DNA of 47,025 nucleotides from an uncultured Candidatus Saccharibacteria bacterium (GTDB lineage Bacteria; Patescibacteriota; Saccharimonadia; Saccharimonadales; Saccharimonadaceae): NCBI GenBank assembly GCA_963546555.1, contig CAUUND010000001.1, positions 1 to 47,025 of the forward strand, read 5' to 3'. Shown piece by piece: positions 16,071 to 26,218 of this stretch (position 1 is its first letter; each line of letters starts with the position of its first letter). The notes under the pieces were generated by a model. It saw only the letters and a program-made list of their open reading frames with translations, ran no database searches and was not told where the DNA came from. The position numbers and the translations under genes were made by a program.

Positions 16071-19052
16071 CTAGCTTGATTTAGCATTATACTTCCGGTG
16101 GTAGGCCTCGTCGTCGATCAGAGTGATTGGCACGCCGAAATAGCGGGCGAACTTCTTGCTGTTCTCATTGATGTCATCAGTACTGGAGCCGTGAACGATG
16201 ATATGTGATGGTTGCAAGCGACCGTTCCTTGCTCCGGGTTCACTTGACATGCGAGAAAGGCCGACTTCGTTATAGTTATAACGTCTGCCAAATCTATGCT
16301 TAATCTGATCAAACTTGCGAATGAGTTCGTCGCAAGTGGTAAATTGCATATTTGACATCTTCAGATTCAAACCGCCCCGTAAATAGCCATCGTTTGGCGC
16401 CATGGCGACGATGCCACCGGGCTGAATATGGTTAAATCCTAGTAGTACTCTAGAGCTTTTGTCGCTGCCGATCTGTAGATAGTTCTCGCAATGCCTCTCG
16501 TCAATACAGCTGGTTGAGATAGTCGCAGAGCCTTGGGCGGTATTCCAGACATCGGGGTCGCTAATCAGAGCACGGAAGACATCAGGACGAAGATACCGTC
16601 CGTAGATAGTGTGACTAAGCATCTTAAAAGGAGCACCTGTCAGTTTAATTACCTTGATATCGCCCTCGGGATTATCTTTCTCTATAGTGAGATGCTCTAT
16701 CCCCTCGCCCGTTGCCTCCAGATCGATCAGCGATTTATTCCAGTCATCAGTAATGTAGTGACGGAGCTTATTTTCAAGATCAGACCCCGCTCCTTCAAGC
16801 TTGGTAATCTTAGCTACACCGCTCTCATTCTCCACCGGTACACAGAGTGGTGAGCTAGCGATAGTTTGGAGGAGCTTCTCAGTAGCTTCGCCGTTATTAT
16901 ACATAGCGTTATCAGCGGACTCGCCGGAGGGTACATACTCTCCGAGCTTCTCATCAAATTCAAGCCCAAAGTTACCGAGGTCAACCTTACCAAATAAGTC
17001 TATGACTGCTTCGTCGTCCGGGGTTAAGACATGACGCTGACGGAGTATCTCCAGATCAAAGTAATTAGAGTTACGACCATTGAAATCAGACAGTATGATG
17101 AACGAGAGAGCCTTATAGGCATCTCTGACGTCATTACTCACCAGGTCGCCGGTAGCTCGTTCAGCGATGACGGCTCGGTAATTCTCCAGCTCTTCAATCG
17201 TCTTGATACCATAGGGATTGCCGGTCTTGAGGACTAAATTAAGGCTATCTCTAGTAGCTTCGTCAAGCTCACTGATATCGGTCAATTCATCAAAAAGCTG
17301 TCCGATCTCCCAGTGTTCCTCAGCCAGTACGGCATAATTGACCATTCTGGCTCGATCGCCGTCAAATAGGCTAAAACGACTGAGTGTATCTAAGTGCCGG
17401 CGCACCTGCTCAATCATTTCGTCATCCATTTCACTTAGCACTCGGTCGGCATGGCTGTCAAACAGAACTAAATCGCTAAAGTATTCATCACTCAATAGGG
17501 CGTCCTTGCCCTGGATGTGAGCATCAATCACTGATTCTCTATCCACCAAGTTAGCTAGGGGATATTTATCCAGAAAACTACTAGACCGTTGACTCAGCTC
17601 AATAAGCTCATCAACAGTAGTAATATCAGATGCATTGACGGATTTGAAGAAAATACCTAGAACACCCTTCTGCTCCCACTCTCGGTATATATCCAGTACT
17701 TTCTTTTGACCGGAACCTAGTATGTCTAAAATTTCCGGTGTCATGGGCATATTTGACAGACGTCGTACGGTCTCAATAGCTTGATCGTCGTCACACAATA
17801 TAGGTGCATTAGCCAGTTGATCATAGTAGCTTTGATCGGGGATGCCCTCCTTAAAGTACTCGCTAAAATTATTAGGTTGTTGTTGCGACTTGCTCGTGTT
17901 AACCAATAGTTGTCGAAATAAGTCAATGTCCCGATTGGTGACCGCATTGTTGTCAGCTGGAGAGATGATTTTGGATGGTCCGGCAATTTGAAGCCGTCGC
18001 CAATATTTCGTCACCTCAGACTCAGGGCAAAGATCAAGAGATATAGTATATTTAATGTTTGGAAAATGACTACCTATATATGGGTCTACGCCGGCTAGTT
18101 GGTAATATAATCGTCCGATATTATCGTCATTGATTAGTCCGGCTCGGTATAAGTTGTCCTGGAGATAAGAAATAGGGTAGTGCCGGGGATTAAGATCAGG
18201 GAAATCTTCATAGGTAGAGCTATGCTCAATGCATTTTTTCATGAAGGCATCACTTGACGCCATGTCATAGCCAATATTCTTGAATCCTCCGGCAAACTCT
18301 ACCAAGTTTTTAACGTCTCTCTTGCCGGAGACGAAGTGCTCAAAGATAACATCTTGAGCGATATCACTAATTTGGGAACCGGTCTTTTCCCTTGCTATCT
18401 CTGCTTTAATCTGCTGACCGACCTGTCGGTCGTTAAGGGCCCCATTGACGAAATAGGTATAAGGCGTCTCATCTACGTCCATTGGGAAATGGGCTAGGCT
18501 CTTCAGGAAAGAAACGGTAGTTTCAGCTAAACCATCATAGTTCTCTAGAAATAGCCGATGGCTAACCATAAACTCAGTAGCTCGATCAATGGGGGTATCC
18601 TCTGATTTAAATATGTCATCAAATCTTTTAGTATATTCAAGTTGCGCCTGAGATAGCACCTCCTTGATAGTACAGTCTCTGACTGGTTGTCTCATTGTTG
18701 TCAACTTCTCCGCCAGATCACTGCTTACCGGCTGTTCATCCTTGACGATGGCTTCGGCAAGCTTGGTGGCGGTTTCTTTTACCTCCTGCTGTTGCTCTGG
18801 CGTGAGGGTCGTCTTGATGAGTCTATTTAACGAAGTGGCGACGTCATTATACCCACCTGGCTCGTCCGTGTCTTCTCTCTTGATCCATTCGGCAAAGGTC
18901 ATAGCCATCTCGCCTATCTTTGACCGGAACGATAGTGGCTTCGGTGTATCAATTTCGGCTGATCCTTTCTTGCTCGCCGAATCCCAGTCGTTGCCATGCC
19001 CATCATTTAGCGTGTGATCATGTTGTTCTTGCCCCGGTTTTTCGTGCCTCAT
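16071..19052 (-). CDS. Large hypothetical protein, array paralogue 1; C-terminal ART-like domain (inferred)
   Basis: 993 aa, clearly homologous to the two adjacent ORFs. C-terminal LSHTI/ISTSC/YNEVGL. Confidence 0.85.
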   Translation of the reverse strand: MRHEKPGQEQHDHTLNDGHGNDWDSASKKGSAEIDTPKPLSFRSKIGEMAMTFAEWIKREDTDEPGGYNDVATSLNRLIKTTLTPEQQQEVKETATKLAEAIVKDEQPVSSDLAEKLTTMRQPVRDCTIKEVLSQAQLEYTKRFDDIFKSEDTPIDRATEFMVSHRLFLENYDGLAETTVSFLKSLAHFPMDVDETPYTYFVNGALNDRQVGQQIKAEIAREKTGSQISDIAQDVIFEHFVSGKRDVKNLVEFAGGFKNIGYDMASSDAFMKKCIEHSSTYEDFPDLNPRHYPISYLQDNLYRAGLINDDNIGRLYYQLAGVDPYIGSHFPNIKYTISLDLCPESEVTKYWRRLQIAGPSKIISPADNNAVTNRDIDLFRQLLVNTSKSQQQPNNFSEYFKEGIPDQSYYDQLANAPILCDDDQAIETVRRLSNMPMTPEILDILGSGQKKVLDIYREWEQKGVLGIFFKSVNASDITTVDELIELSQRSSSFLDKYPLANLVDRESVIDAHIQGKDALLSDEYFSDLVLFDSHADRVLSEMDDEMIEQVRRHLDTLSRFSLFDGDRARMVNYAVLAEEHWEIGQLFDELTDISELDEATRDSLNLVLKTGNPYGIKTIEELENYRAVIAERATGDLVSNDVRDAYKALSFIILSDFNGRNSNYFDLEILRQRHVLTPDDEAVIDLFGKVDLGNFGLEFDEKLGEYVPSGESADNAMYNNGEATEKLLQTIASSPLCVPVENESGVAKITKLEGAGSDLENKLRHYITDDWNKSLIDLEATGEGIEHLTIEKDNPEGDIKVIKLTGAPFKMLSHTIYGRYLRPDVFRALISDPDVWNTAQGSATISTSCIDERHCENYLQIGSDKSSRVLLGFNHIQPGGIVAMAPNDGYLRGGLNLKMSNMQFTTCDELIRKFDQIKHRFGRRYNYNEVGLSRMSSEPGARNGRLQPSHIIVHGSSTDDINENSKKFARYFGVPITLIDDEAYHRKYNAKSS

Positions 19053-19152
19053 TTATATATTGTCCTAATCCCGATATTACCAACATAATAGCATAAGCTG
19101 CTCGCTGAGCCGATTAATTCAAACTCTGGAGTTAATCGACTAAGGGGCGTCC

Positions 19153-22100
19153 TTAGTCCGGATCTACGTTATACTTTTTGCGGTAAGCCTCATCATCAAT
19201 CAAGGTGATCGGTACGCCGAAGTAGCGGGCGAACTTCTTGCTATTCTCGTTGATATCATCAGTACTGGAGCCGTGAACGATGATATGTGATGGTTGCAAG
19301 CGACCGTTCCTTGCTCCGGGTTCACTTGACATGCGAGAGAGACCAACTTCGTTATAGTTCAAATGTCTGTTGTGTGTCAGCCGATCAAACTTACGCATCA
19401 ATTCGTCACAGGTGGTGAATTGTACGTTGAACATCTTTAGTTCCAAACTGCCTCGCAGATAGCCGTCATTCGGCGCCATAGCGACAATGCCACCGGGCTG
19501 AATATGATTAAAGCCCAGTAGCACTCGAGAGTCCTCACGGCTACCCATCCACAGATAGTTACCGCAATGTTTTTCATCGATACAGCTGGTCGAGATAGTA
19601 GCAGAGCCTTGGGCGGTATTCCAGATGCCGGGATCGTTGATCAGAGCATGGAAGACATCAGGGCGAAGATAGTGTCCGTAGATGGTGTGACTAAGCATCT
19701 TAAATGGAGCACCGGTCAGCTTGACCACTTCAATGGCGCCTTTAGGGTTGTCCTCCTCTATAGTGAGATGTTCTATCCCATCGCCCGTCGCCTCTAGGTC
19801 GATCAACGACTTATTCCAGTCGTCGGTGATGTAATGGCGGAGCTTATTTTCAAGATCAGACCCCGCTCCTTCAAGCTTAGTAATCTTAGCTACACCGCTC
19901 TCATCCTTGACCGGTACACAGAGAGGTGAACTGGCGATAGTCTGAAGCAGCTTCTCGGTAGCCACGCCATTAGTAGCGGCACTATCGGAAGATACGTACT
20001 CTTCCCGTCTCTCATCGTACTCAAACTCAACGGCGCCCCAGTCGTCGTAACCGGCGGGCACATACTCTCGTCGTTCTACATCATACTCAAATCCGAAGTT
20101 GCGGGGATCAACCTTGCGAAACAGATCTATGACTGCTTCGTCATCGGGAGTCAAGACTTGACGCCGACGGAGCGTCTCCAGATCAAAGCAACTTGTGTTG
20201 CAGCCATCGAAGTCAGATAGCATGATGAATGAAATGGCCTTGTAGGCATCTCTGACATCGTTACTCACCAGATCGTTGGTGGCTCGCTCGGCAATGACGG
20301 CTCGATAGTTCTCCAGCTCCTCGACCGTCTTGACACCATAAGGATTTCCCGTCTGTAAGACGAGGTTGAGGTTCCTCCTCGTATCTTCATCGAGCCGGCT
20401 AACGTTGGCCAGTTCGTTGAAAAGCTGCCCAGTCTCCCAGTGTTCCTCAGCCAGTACGGCGTAATTGACCATTCTAGGTCGATCGCCGTCAAATAGATCG
20501 AAGCGACTCAGTGTGTCCAGGTGCTGACGTACTTGTTTGATCGACTCTTCATCCATCGCACTTAACAATTTATCGGCACGACAGTCATATAAGACTAGAT
20601 CACCGAAATATTCCTCGCCCAGGATGGTATCCTTACCCTGGATGTGAGCATCAATTACCGACTCTCTATCCACCAGGCTAGCTAAAGGGTATTTATCCAG
20701 GAAGCTACTAGCCCGCCGACTCAGCTCAACAAGCTCATCGACGGTGGTTATATCAGATGCATTGACAGACTTAAAGAAGGTACCTAGAGCACCTTTCTGC
20801 TCCCACTCTCGATATATATCCAGTACTTTCTTTTGATTAGGACCCAGAATGTCTAGGATTTCCGGCGTTAGAGGCATATTCTTTAGGCATTTGACAGCTT
20901 CGACGGCCCTGTCGCCGTCGCATAGTATGGGCACCCCGGCTAGTTGGTCGTAATAGCTTTGGTCAGGAATACCGTCCTTGAAACACTCATAAAGATCGCT
21001 ATCTCGCAGTCTATCTGGATTGGTGCTTGTGTCAATCCATAGCGATCGAAAGGAGTCGATATCTCGGTGGGTGACGAAATTATTGTCAGCCGGTGAAGTC
21101 ACTCCGAATAGTCCGGCAATCTGAAGCTGTCGCCAGTATTTCGTTACCTCTGACTCAGGGCAAATATTAAGAGATATAACATACTCAAACTCCGGAAATT
21201 CACGACGGGGAGGCGTGTCTTCTTTGAGTAGTTGGCAATATAGTCGACCAATGTTGTCATCATTGATTAGCCCGGCTCGGTATAGGTTGTCTTGCAGAAA
21301 AGGCCGCCCTTCGGCGGGATAATCAACATTAATGATGCTAAAGTCAATGCACCCTTTTAGAAAATCATCACTTGACGCTATATCATAGCCAATATTCTTA
21401 AGTCCTCGGGCAAACTCAGTTAAGTTCTTAGTGTCTCTCTTGCGATTAGCAAAGCTACTGAGGATGACGTCCCGGGTAATGTTATTGATCTTATAGTTAA
21501 ATTTTCTCTTTGCTAGCTCCAACTTAATCTGTTGACCAACCTGCCGGTCATTAAGTGCGCCATTGACAAAGTAGGCATAAGGTGCCTCATCTACGTCTAT
21601 AGAGGAACGAGGGAGGTCCTCTAAGAAGGAGATAGTTGTTTTAGCTAGCCCGTCGTAGTTCTCTAGAGATAGTTGGTGGTCGGTTAGAAACTGGGTGACT
21701 TGGTTAATCGGACTCACAAATCTGGCTTTAGCTCCGTTGGTATATTTAAGCTGTGTCCAGAATAACATCTCCTTAATGGTACAGTCTCTGACCGGCTGTT
21801 CCATCGCCGTCAGCTTCTCTACCAGCTCTTCGCTTGCCGGCTGGTCATCCTTGACGATGGCTTTAGTCAATCCTGCGGCGGTCTGCCTGACTTCCTGTTG
21901 CTGTTCGGGCGTGAGGGTGGTCTCAATTAGCTCGCTGAGCGAGGTGATGTTGTCTTTGCTTTTCTCAGTGGCAGTAGCGTCACTACTATTTCGATCGTCG
22001 GGCTTACTCCACCTTGCTTCGCTGCCCTGGGTGGCGGTAGTGGTGCCGCTATTGTTCTGATCATCAGGCGGTCTGTCCGACTTGTCCGTACCCTCCCCTT

Positions 22101-22272
22101 TGAGCCATTCGGCAAAGGACATTGCCATCTCGCCTATCTTTGACCGGAACGATAGTGGCTTCGGTGCATCAGCTTTAGCCGACTCTTCCTTAGTAGCCGG
22201 TTCCCAGCCGTCATCCCATCCACCATTCGGCGTATGACCATGCTGCTCTTGCCCCGCTTTTTCGTGTCTCAT
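19153..22272 (-). CDS. Large hypothetical protein, array paralogue 2
   Basis: 1039 aa, same architecture, with two small internal duplications. Confidence 0.85.
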   Translation of the reverse strand: MRHEKAGQEQHGHTPNGGWDDGWEPATKEESAKADAPKPLSFRSKIGEMAMSFAEWLKGEGTDKSDRPPDDQNNSGTTTATQGSEARWSKPDDRNSSDATATEKSKDNITSLSELIETTLTPEQQQEVRQTAAGLTKAIVKDDQPASEELVEKLTAMEQPVRDCTIKEMLFWTQLKYTNGAKARFVSPINQVTQFLTDHQLSLENYDGLAKTTISFLEDLPRSSIDVDEAPYAYFVNGALNDRQVGQQIKLELAKRKFNYKINNITRDVILSSFANRKRDTKNLTEFARGLKNIGYDIASSDDFLKGCIDFSIINVDYPAEGRPFLQDNLYRAGLINDDNIGRLYCQLLKEDTPPRREFPEFEYVISLNICPESEVTKYWRQLQIAGLFGVTSPADNNFVTHRDIDSFRSLWIDTSTNPDRLRDSDLYECFKDGIPDQSYYDQLAGVPILCDGDRAVEAVKCLKNMPLTPEILDILGPNQKKVLDIYREWEQKGALGTFFKSVNASDITTVDELVELSRRASSFLDKYPLASLVDRESVIDAHIQGKDTILGEEYFGDLVLYDCRADKLLSAMDEESIKQVRQHLDTLSRFDLFDGDRPRMVNYAVLAEEHWETGQLFNELANVSRLDEDTRRNLNLVLQTGNPYGVKTVEELENYRAVIAERATNDLVSNDVRDAYKAISFIMLSDFDGCNTSCFDLETLRRRQVLTPDDEAVIDLFRKVDPRNFGFEYDVERREYVPAGYDDWGAVEFEYDERREEYVSSDSAATNGVATEKLLQTIASSPLCVPVKDESGVAKITKLEGAGSDLENKLRHYITDDWNKSLIDLEATGDGIEHLTIEEDNPKGAIEVVKLTGAPFKMLSHTIYGHYLRPDVFHALINDPGIWNTAQGSATISTSCIDEKHCGNYLWMGSREDSRVLLGFNHIQPGGIVAMAPNDGYLRGSLELKMFNVQFTTCDELMRKFDRLTHNRHLNYNEVGLSRMSSEPGARNGRLQPSHIIVHGSSTDDINENSKKFARYFGVPITLIDDEAYRKKYNVDPD

Positions 22273-22376
22273 TTATATCGTCCTTGTTTTGGTGCTATCA
22301 ATATAATAACACAAGCAATTTACCGAGCTGATTCATATGACCCATTAGACCGGAGCTAGCCGGCAAAGGAAACGTT

Positions 22377-25316
22377 TCAGTCCGGCTCCACGTTATACTT
22401 CTTACGGTAAGCCTCGTCATCAATCAAGGTGATTGGTACGCCGAAGTAGCGGGCGAACTTCTTGCTGTTCTCATTGATATCATCGGTGCTGGAGCCGTGA
22501 ACGATGATATGTGATGGTTGCAAGCGACCGTTCCTTGACCCGGGCTCACTCGACATGCGAGAGAGACCGACTTCGTTGTAGCGTTGGTGTATATCAAGAT
22601 AGAAGCTGATTTTGTCGAATTGCTGCATCAATTGGTCGCAAGTGGTAAATAGAACGCCACCCATTTCCAGCTTCAAGCCACCTCGCAAGTAGCCGTCGCT
22701 CGGTGCCATGGCGGCGATACCGCTGGGCTGAATATGATTGAAGCCCAGTAGCACCCGAGCGCTTGGGTCGGCGCCCGACTGTAGATAGTTGTCATAACAC
22801 TCCTCGTCGATGCAGCTGGTCGAAATAGTCGAGGAGCCTTGGGCGGTATTCCAGACGCTAGGATCGTCTATGAGAGCATTATAAATATTGGGGCGGTTGT
22901 AATACTGATAGATGGTGTGGCTGAGCATCTTAAATGGAGCACCGGTCAGCTTAATCACTTTAAGAGCTTTGCCAGGATCGTCCTCGTCTATGGTGAAATG
23001 CTCTATCCCCTCGCCTGTCGCTTCCAGGTCGATCAACGACTTATTCCAGTCGTCAGCGATATAACGGCGGAGCTTGCTGATTAGGTCAGAAGCCGAGCCT
23101 TCTATCTTGGTAATCTTGGCTACACCACCGTCATCCTTGACCGGTGCACATAGGGGTGAGCTGGCGATAGTCTGAAGTAGCCTCTCGGTAGCCTTGCCAT
23201 TATATACATCGCTCTCATCAGAGTCTTCCGCTGGTACATATTGATCATGCTGGCTATCGTATTCAAGTCCGAAGTTAGTCGGGTGAACCCGGCGGAATAG
23301 TTCTATCACCGCCTCATCGTCTGCGGTCAAGACCTGGCGCTGACGAAGTGTCTCTAGGTCAAAGCAGCTCAGGTCATAACCGTCGAAGTCGGCTAGCATG
23401 ATGAAGGATATGGCTCGACAGGCATCCCCGACGTAGTCGCTGGTCAGGTCGCTAGTCGCTCGCTCGGCGATGACCGCTCGATAATTCTTCAGCTCTTCGA
23501 CCGACTTGATGTTGTACTGGTTGTGCGTCCGCAAGACTAGATTAAGGCTATTACGAGTAGCTTCATCAAGCTCGTCGACCGTGGCTAGTTCATCAAAGAG
23601 CCGGCTACTATCGCCAAGGTTTTCGGTCAGTACAGCGTAGTTCACCATCCTAGCTCGGTCGCCGTCAAATAGATCAAAGCGGCTCAGTGTATCTAGATGC
23701 CGGCGCAGCTGCTTGATAGTTTCGTCGTCCATGGTGCTAATTTCTCGGTCGGCACCGCTATCATACATGACTAGGTCGCCGAAGTATTCTTCACCCAGTA
23801 CGGCATCCTTGCCCTTAATGTGAGCGTCAATGACTTGACTTCTGTCAACCAAGCACGCCAGAGGGTACTTACCGAGAAAGCCATCTGCCTTGCGACTCAA
23901 GTCAACGAGACGATTAATGTCGATGTCGCTTGGCTGCGCTAGCTCAAAGAAGGTGTAAGATGCTCCTTTTTGTTCCCACTCTTGATATAGGTCTAGTGAT
24001 TTTATTTGAGACGATCCCAGCAAGCTACGCACCTCCGACACCAATGGCATATCTGCTAGACAGAATATGAAATCAGCAGTTTTATCGCTATCGGTTAGCG
24101 CAGGCTTGCCCTTTAATCGCTTAAAATACCGTTGATCAGGAACACCTTCCTTGAAATACTTATCTATATCATAGTTATCAGTTTGGCGGTCGACTTTTTC
24201 AAGCAAAGATCGGAAAGAAAGTATATCCCACTCGGAGATTACACCGTCTTCGGACGGTGACACAGTCCCATATAGACTTGTTCTCCGGAACTGCCGCCAG
24301 TACTTCGTCATCTCCGAATCGGGGCAGATATTAAGAGAAATACCGTGCAGTGCGCTACACTCAGTCATGCCTGCTTGACAGCTTTTGGCTAGTTGATAGT
24401 ACAAGTGCTTGATATTGTCGTCATTGATCAGCCCCGCTTGATAGAGATTCTCCTGCAGGGGTGTCGTACCCTGGCGGAAATCGTCAATGAAACTATTTTC
24501 AATGCAACTATCAATGAAGAAATCATTCATAGCTATATCGATACCAACATTTTCCAGACCCTTAACAAAGGCGACCAGGTTCTTCGTGTCACGGGGGTGC
24601 GACTTAAATTTATCAATGATGATGTTCTTTGAGATACTAGCCGTCATTGAAGCCAAGTCATATTCTTTGTCCGTTAGCACTAACTTTATTTGCTGACTTA
24701 CCTTTTTATCATTCATGGCGCCGTTGACAAAATAAGCGTAAGGAGATTCATCGACATCCGCTGTCGACTGTGAAAAATTCTTCAAGAATAAAGCCGTGGT
24801 CTCGGCTAAGCCGTCATAATCATCTAGAGGTAACTGATGATCAGTCAGAAACTGGGTAACCTTAGTTAGAAGTGCACGTGAACCACACTCAACCGTTTGA
24901 CCTAACGCTCTTTTAATAACGAAATCCCTAGCCGGTTGCTCTATCATCGTTAGTTTTTCCGCCAGAATCTCGTCTGATAACTGTTCACGATAAACTTCCG
25001 CTACAGCCAACGTCAACTCGCTGGCGGCATCTTCTACTTCCTCTCGTTGTTCGGGCGTAAGAATGATCTCGGTCGGATGTCTGAGTGAGACAGCCTTAAC
25101 CCTGTCCTGATCGTCAGGTAGTCTATCCGGCTCACTGGTGGATTCGTTTTTAATCCAACTGGCGAGAGAAGTCGCCAGCTTACCTATCTTAGACCAGGGA
25201 AGCTGCGGCTTCGACACATCGGCTTCACTTTGCCTTAGCGCCAAGATCCAATCGTCGCTCGACTCATCATCTGGCGTATGGTCAAGCCATCCATCTCTGT
25301 GTTCCCTGTGTATCAT
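22377..25316 (-). CDS. Large hypothetical protein, array paralogue 3
   Basis: 979 aa, most divergent N-terminus, conserved C-terminal domain. Confidence 0.85.
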   Translation of the reverse strand: MIHREHRDGWLDHTPDDESSDDWILALRQSEADVSKPQLPWSKIGKLATSLASWIKNESTSEPDRLPDDQDRVKAVSLRHPTEIILTPEQREEVEDAASELTLAVAEVYREQLSDEILAEKLTMIEQPARDFVIKRALGQTVECGSRALLTKVTQFLTDHQLPLDDYDGLAETTALFLKNFSQSTADVDESPYAYFVNGAMNDKKVSQQIKLVLTDKEYDLASMTASISKNIIIDKFKSHPRDTKNLVAFVKGLENVGIDIAMNDFFIDSCIENSFIDDFRQGTTPLQENLYQAGLINDDNIKHLYYQLAKSCQAGMTECSALHGISLNICPDSEMTKYWRQFRRTSLYGTVSPSEDGVISEWDILSFRSLLEKVDRQTDNYDIDKYFKEGVPDQRYFKRLKGKPALTDSDKTADFIFCLADMPLVSEVRSLLGSSQIKSLDLYQEWEQKGASYTFFELAQPSDIDINRLVDLSRKADGFLGKYPLACLVDRSQVIDAHIKGKDAVLGEEYFGDLVMYDSGADREISTMDDETIKQLRRHLDTLSRFDLFDGDRARMVNYAVLTENLGDSSRLFDELATVDELDEATRNSLNLVLRTHNQYNIKSVEELKNYRAVIAERATSDLTSDYVGDACRAISFIMLADFDGYDLSCFDLETLRQRQVLTADDEAVIELFRRVHPTNFGLEYDSQHDQYVPAEDSDESDVYNGKATERLLQTIASSPLCAPVKDDGGVAKITKIEGSASDLISKLRRYIADDWNKSLIDLEATGEGIEHFTIDEDDPGKALKVIKLTGAPFKMLSHTIYQYYNRPNIYNALIDDPSVWNTAQGSSTISTSCIDEECYDNYLQSGADPSARVLLGFNHIQPSGIAAMAPSDGYLRGGLKLEMGGVLFTTCDQLMQQFDKISFYLDIHQRYNEVGLSRMSSEPGSRNGRLQPSHIIVHGSSTDDINENSKKFARYFGVPITLIDDEAYRKKYNVEPD

Positions 25317-25419
25317 TTCTCATCCCGCCCCAGCAAGGCTATCGGTATAATAACACAAGCCGATTGGCGTGATGAGGTGTGCTATAATGCAGGCATAAAC
25401 ATAACCACTAAGGAGGTGT

Positions 25420-26127
25420 ATGGAAACAGGAGCTAAAGCTGATTCATCTAAGAATGACAACAACCCGATGATTACGGCCGGGTTTATCTTGGGTATCGTC
25501 GGCATCGTGCTGTCGTTTATCCCATTTATCAATTTCATGGCGTTCGTCATGGGTATCTTAGCGCTAATCTTTGGCGTGGTCGGCGTCAATAAGAGGATTG
25601 GCGGTAGCCAGGCTATTGCCTCTGTCGTCCTCGGAGCGATCACCCTATTTATCACCATCGGTATGTACGTGATCGTGGCTCGTATGGCTGTCTGGGGACT
25701 GGCCAGCACCAGCCGAATCTTTAACCGGGTAGCCAATGTGGCAGATAGCATGTCGGGCAAGAAAACAGATAAGTTGCTCAGCGCTTCTGTCGATGTTAAG
25801 ATCGGTAAGCTGCGCCAGACCACCAATCAATATGGCGAGCAGACCATGAGCGTACCGGTCAGCGTGCGCAACCTGGAGTCGAGAGAGATGTCATACTCGA
25901 TTTGGATTGACGCCTACAATGCCAATGGTGACAAGATTGCCAGCGATGTAGTTCGAGTCATCAATCTGGACAGTAAGAGAGTGCAGGATGTCGACGTCTT
26001 CCAGTATATGGATAATGAAACTCAGGAGGCACTAAAGAACGCCACTTTCAAGGTGACCAGGGTGTCGACCGGACTCAACCTGACCAGCGTCGACGAAGCA
26101 GTCTTTGCGGACGATTTCGCTGATTAG
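25420..26127 (+). CDS. Membrane protein with DUF4190-like TM region and C-terminal Ig-like extracytoplasmic domain
   Basis: AGFILGIVGIVLSFIPFIN..LALIFGVVG TM motif and a beta-rich C-terminus (VSVRN..SYSIWIDAY). AAGGAGG SD; TGCTATAAT promoter. Confidence 0.65.
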   Translation: METGAKADSSKNDNNPMITAGFILGIVGIVLSFIPFINFMAFVMGILALIFGVVGVNKRIGGSQAIASVVLGAITLFITIGMYVIVARMAVWGLASTSRIFNRVANVADSMSGKKTDKLLSASVDVKIGKLRQTTNQYGEQTMSVPVSVRNLESREMSYSIWIDAYNANGDKIASDVVRVINLDSKRVQDVDVFQYMDNETQEALKNATFKVTRVSTGLNLTSVDEAVFADDFAD

Positions 26128-26218
26128 TAGCCAGGTGGCAGACTGCTACGATACAGCCGGTGCTAAGCGTGCCGGCTATATTTTTATATTAATCCTGCCA
26201 AAGAGAAGCGGGGGGCAG

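Noticed and set aside
16071..25316. Paralogue array as a diversity-generating retroelement or a classical polymorphic toxin-immunity locus
   Set aside because: No reverse transcriptase or adenine-specific TR/VR pair. The C-termini are the conserved part rather than the variable part, and there are no intervening immunity ORFs.
25320..25826. 168-aa minus-strand ORF and the many other short overlapping ORFs in the track
   Set aside because: They overlap well-supported genes on the opposite strand or in another frame and show no motifs.
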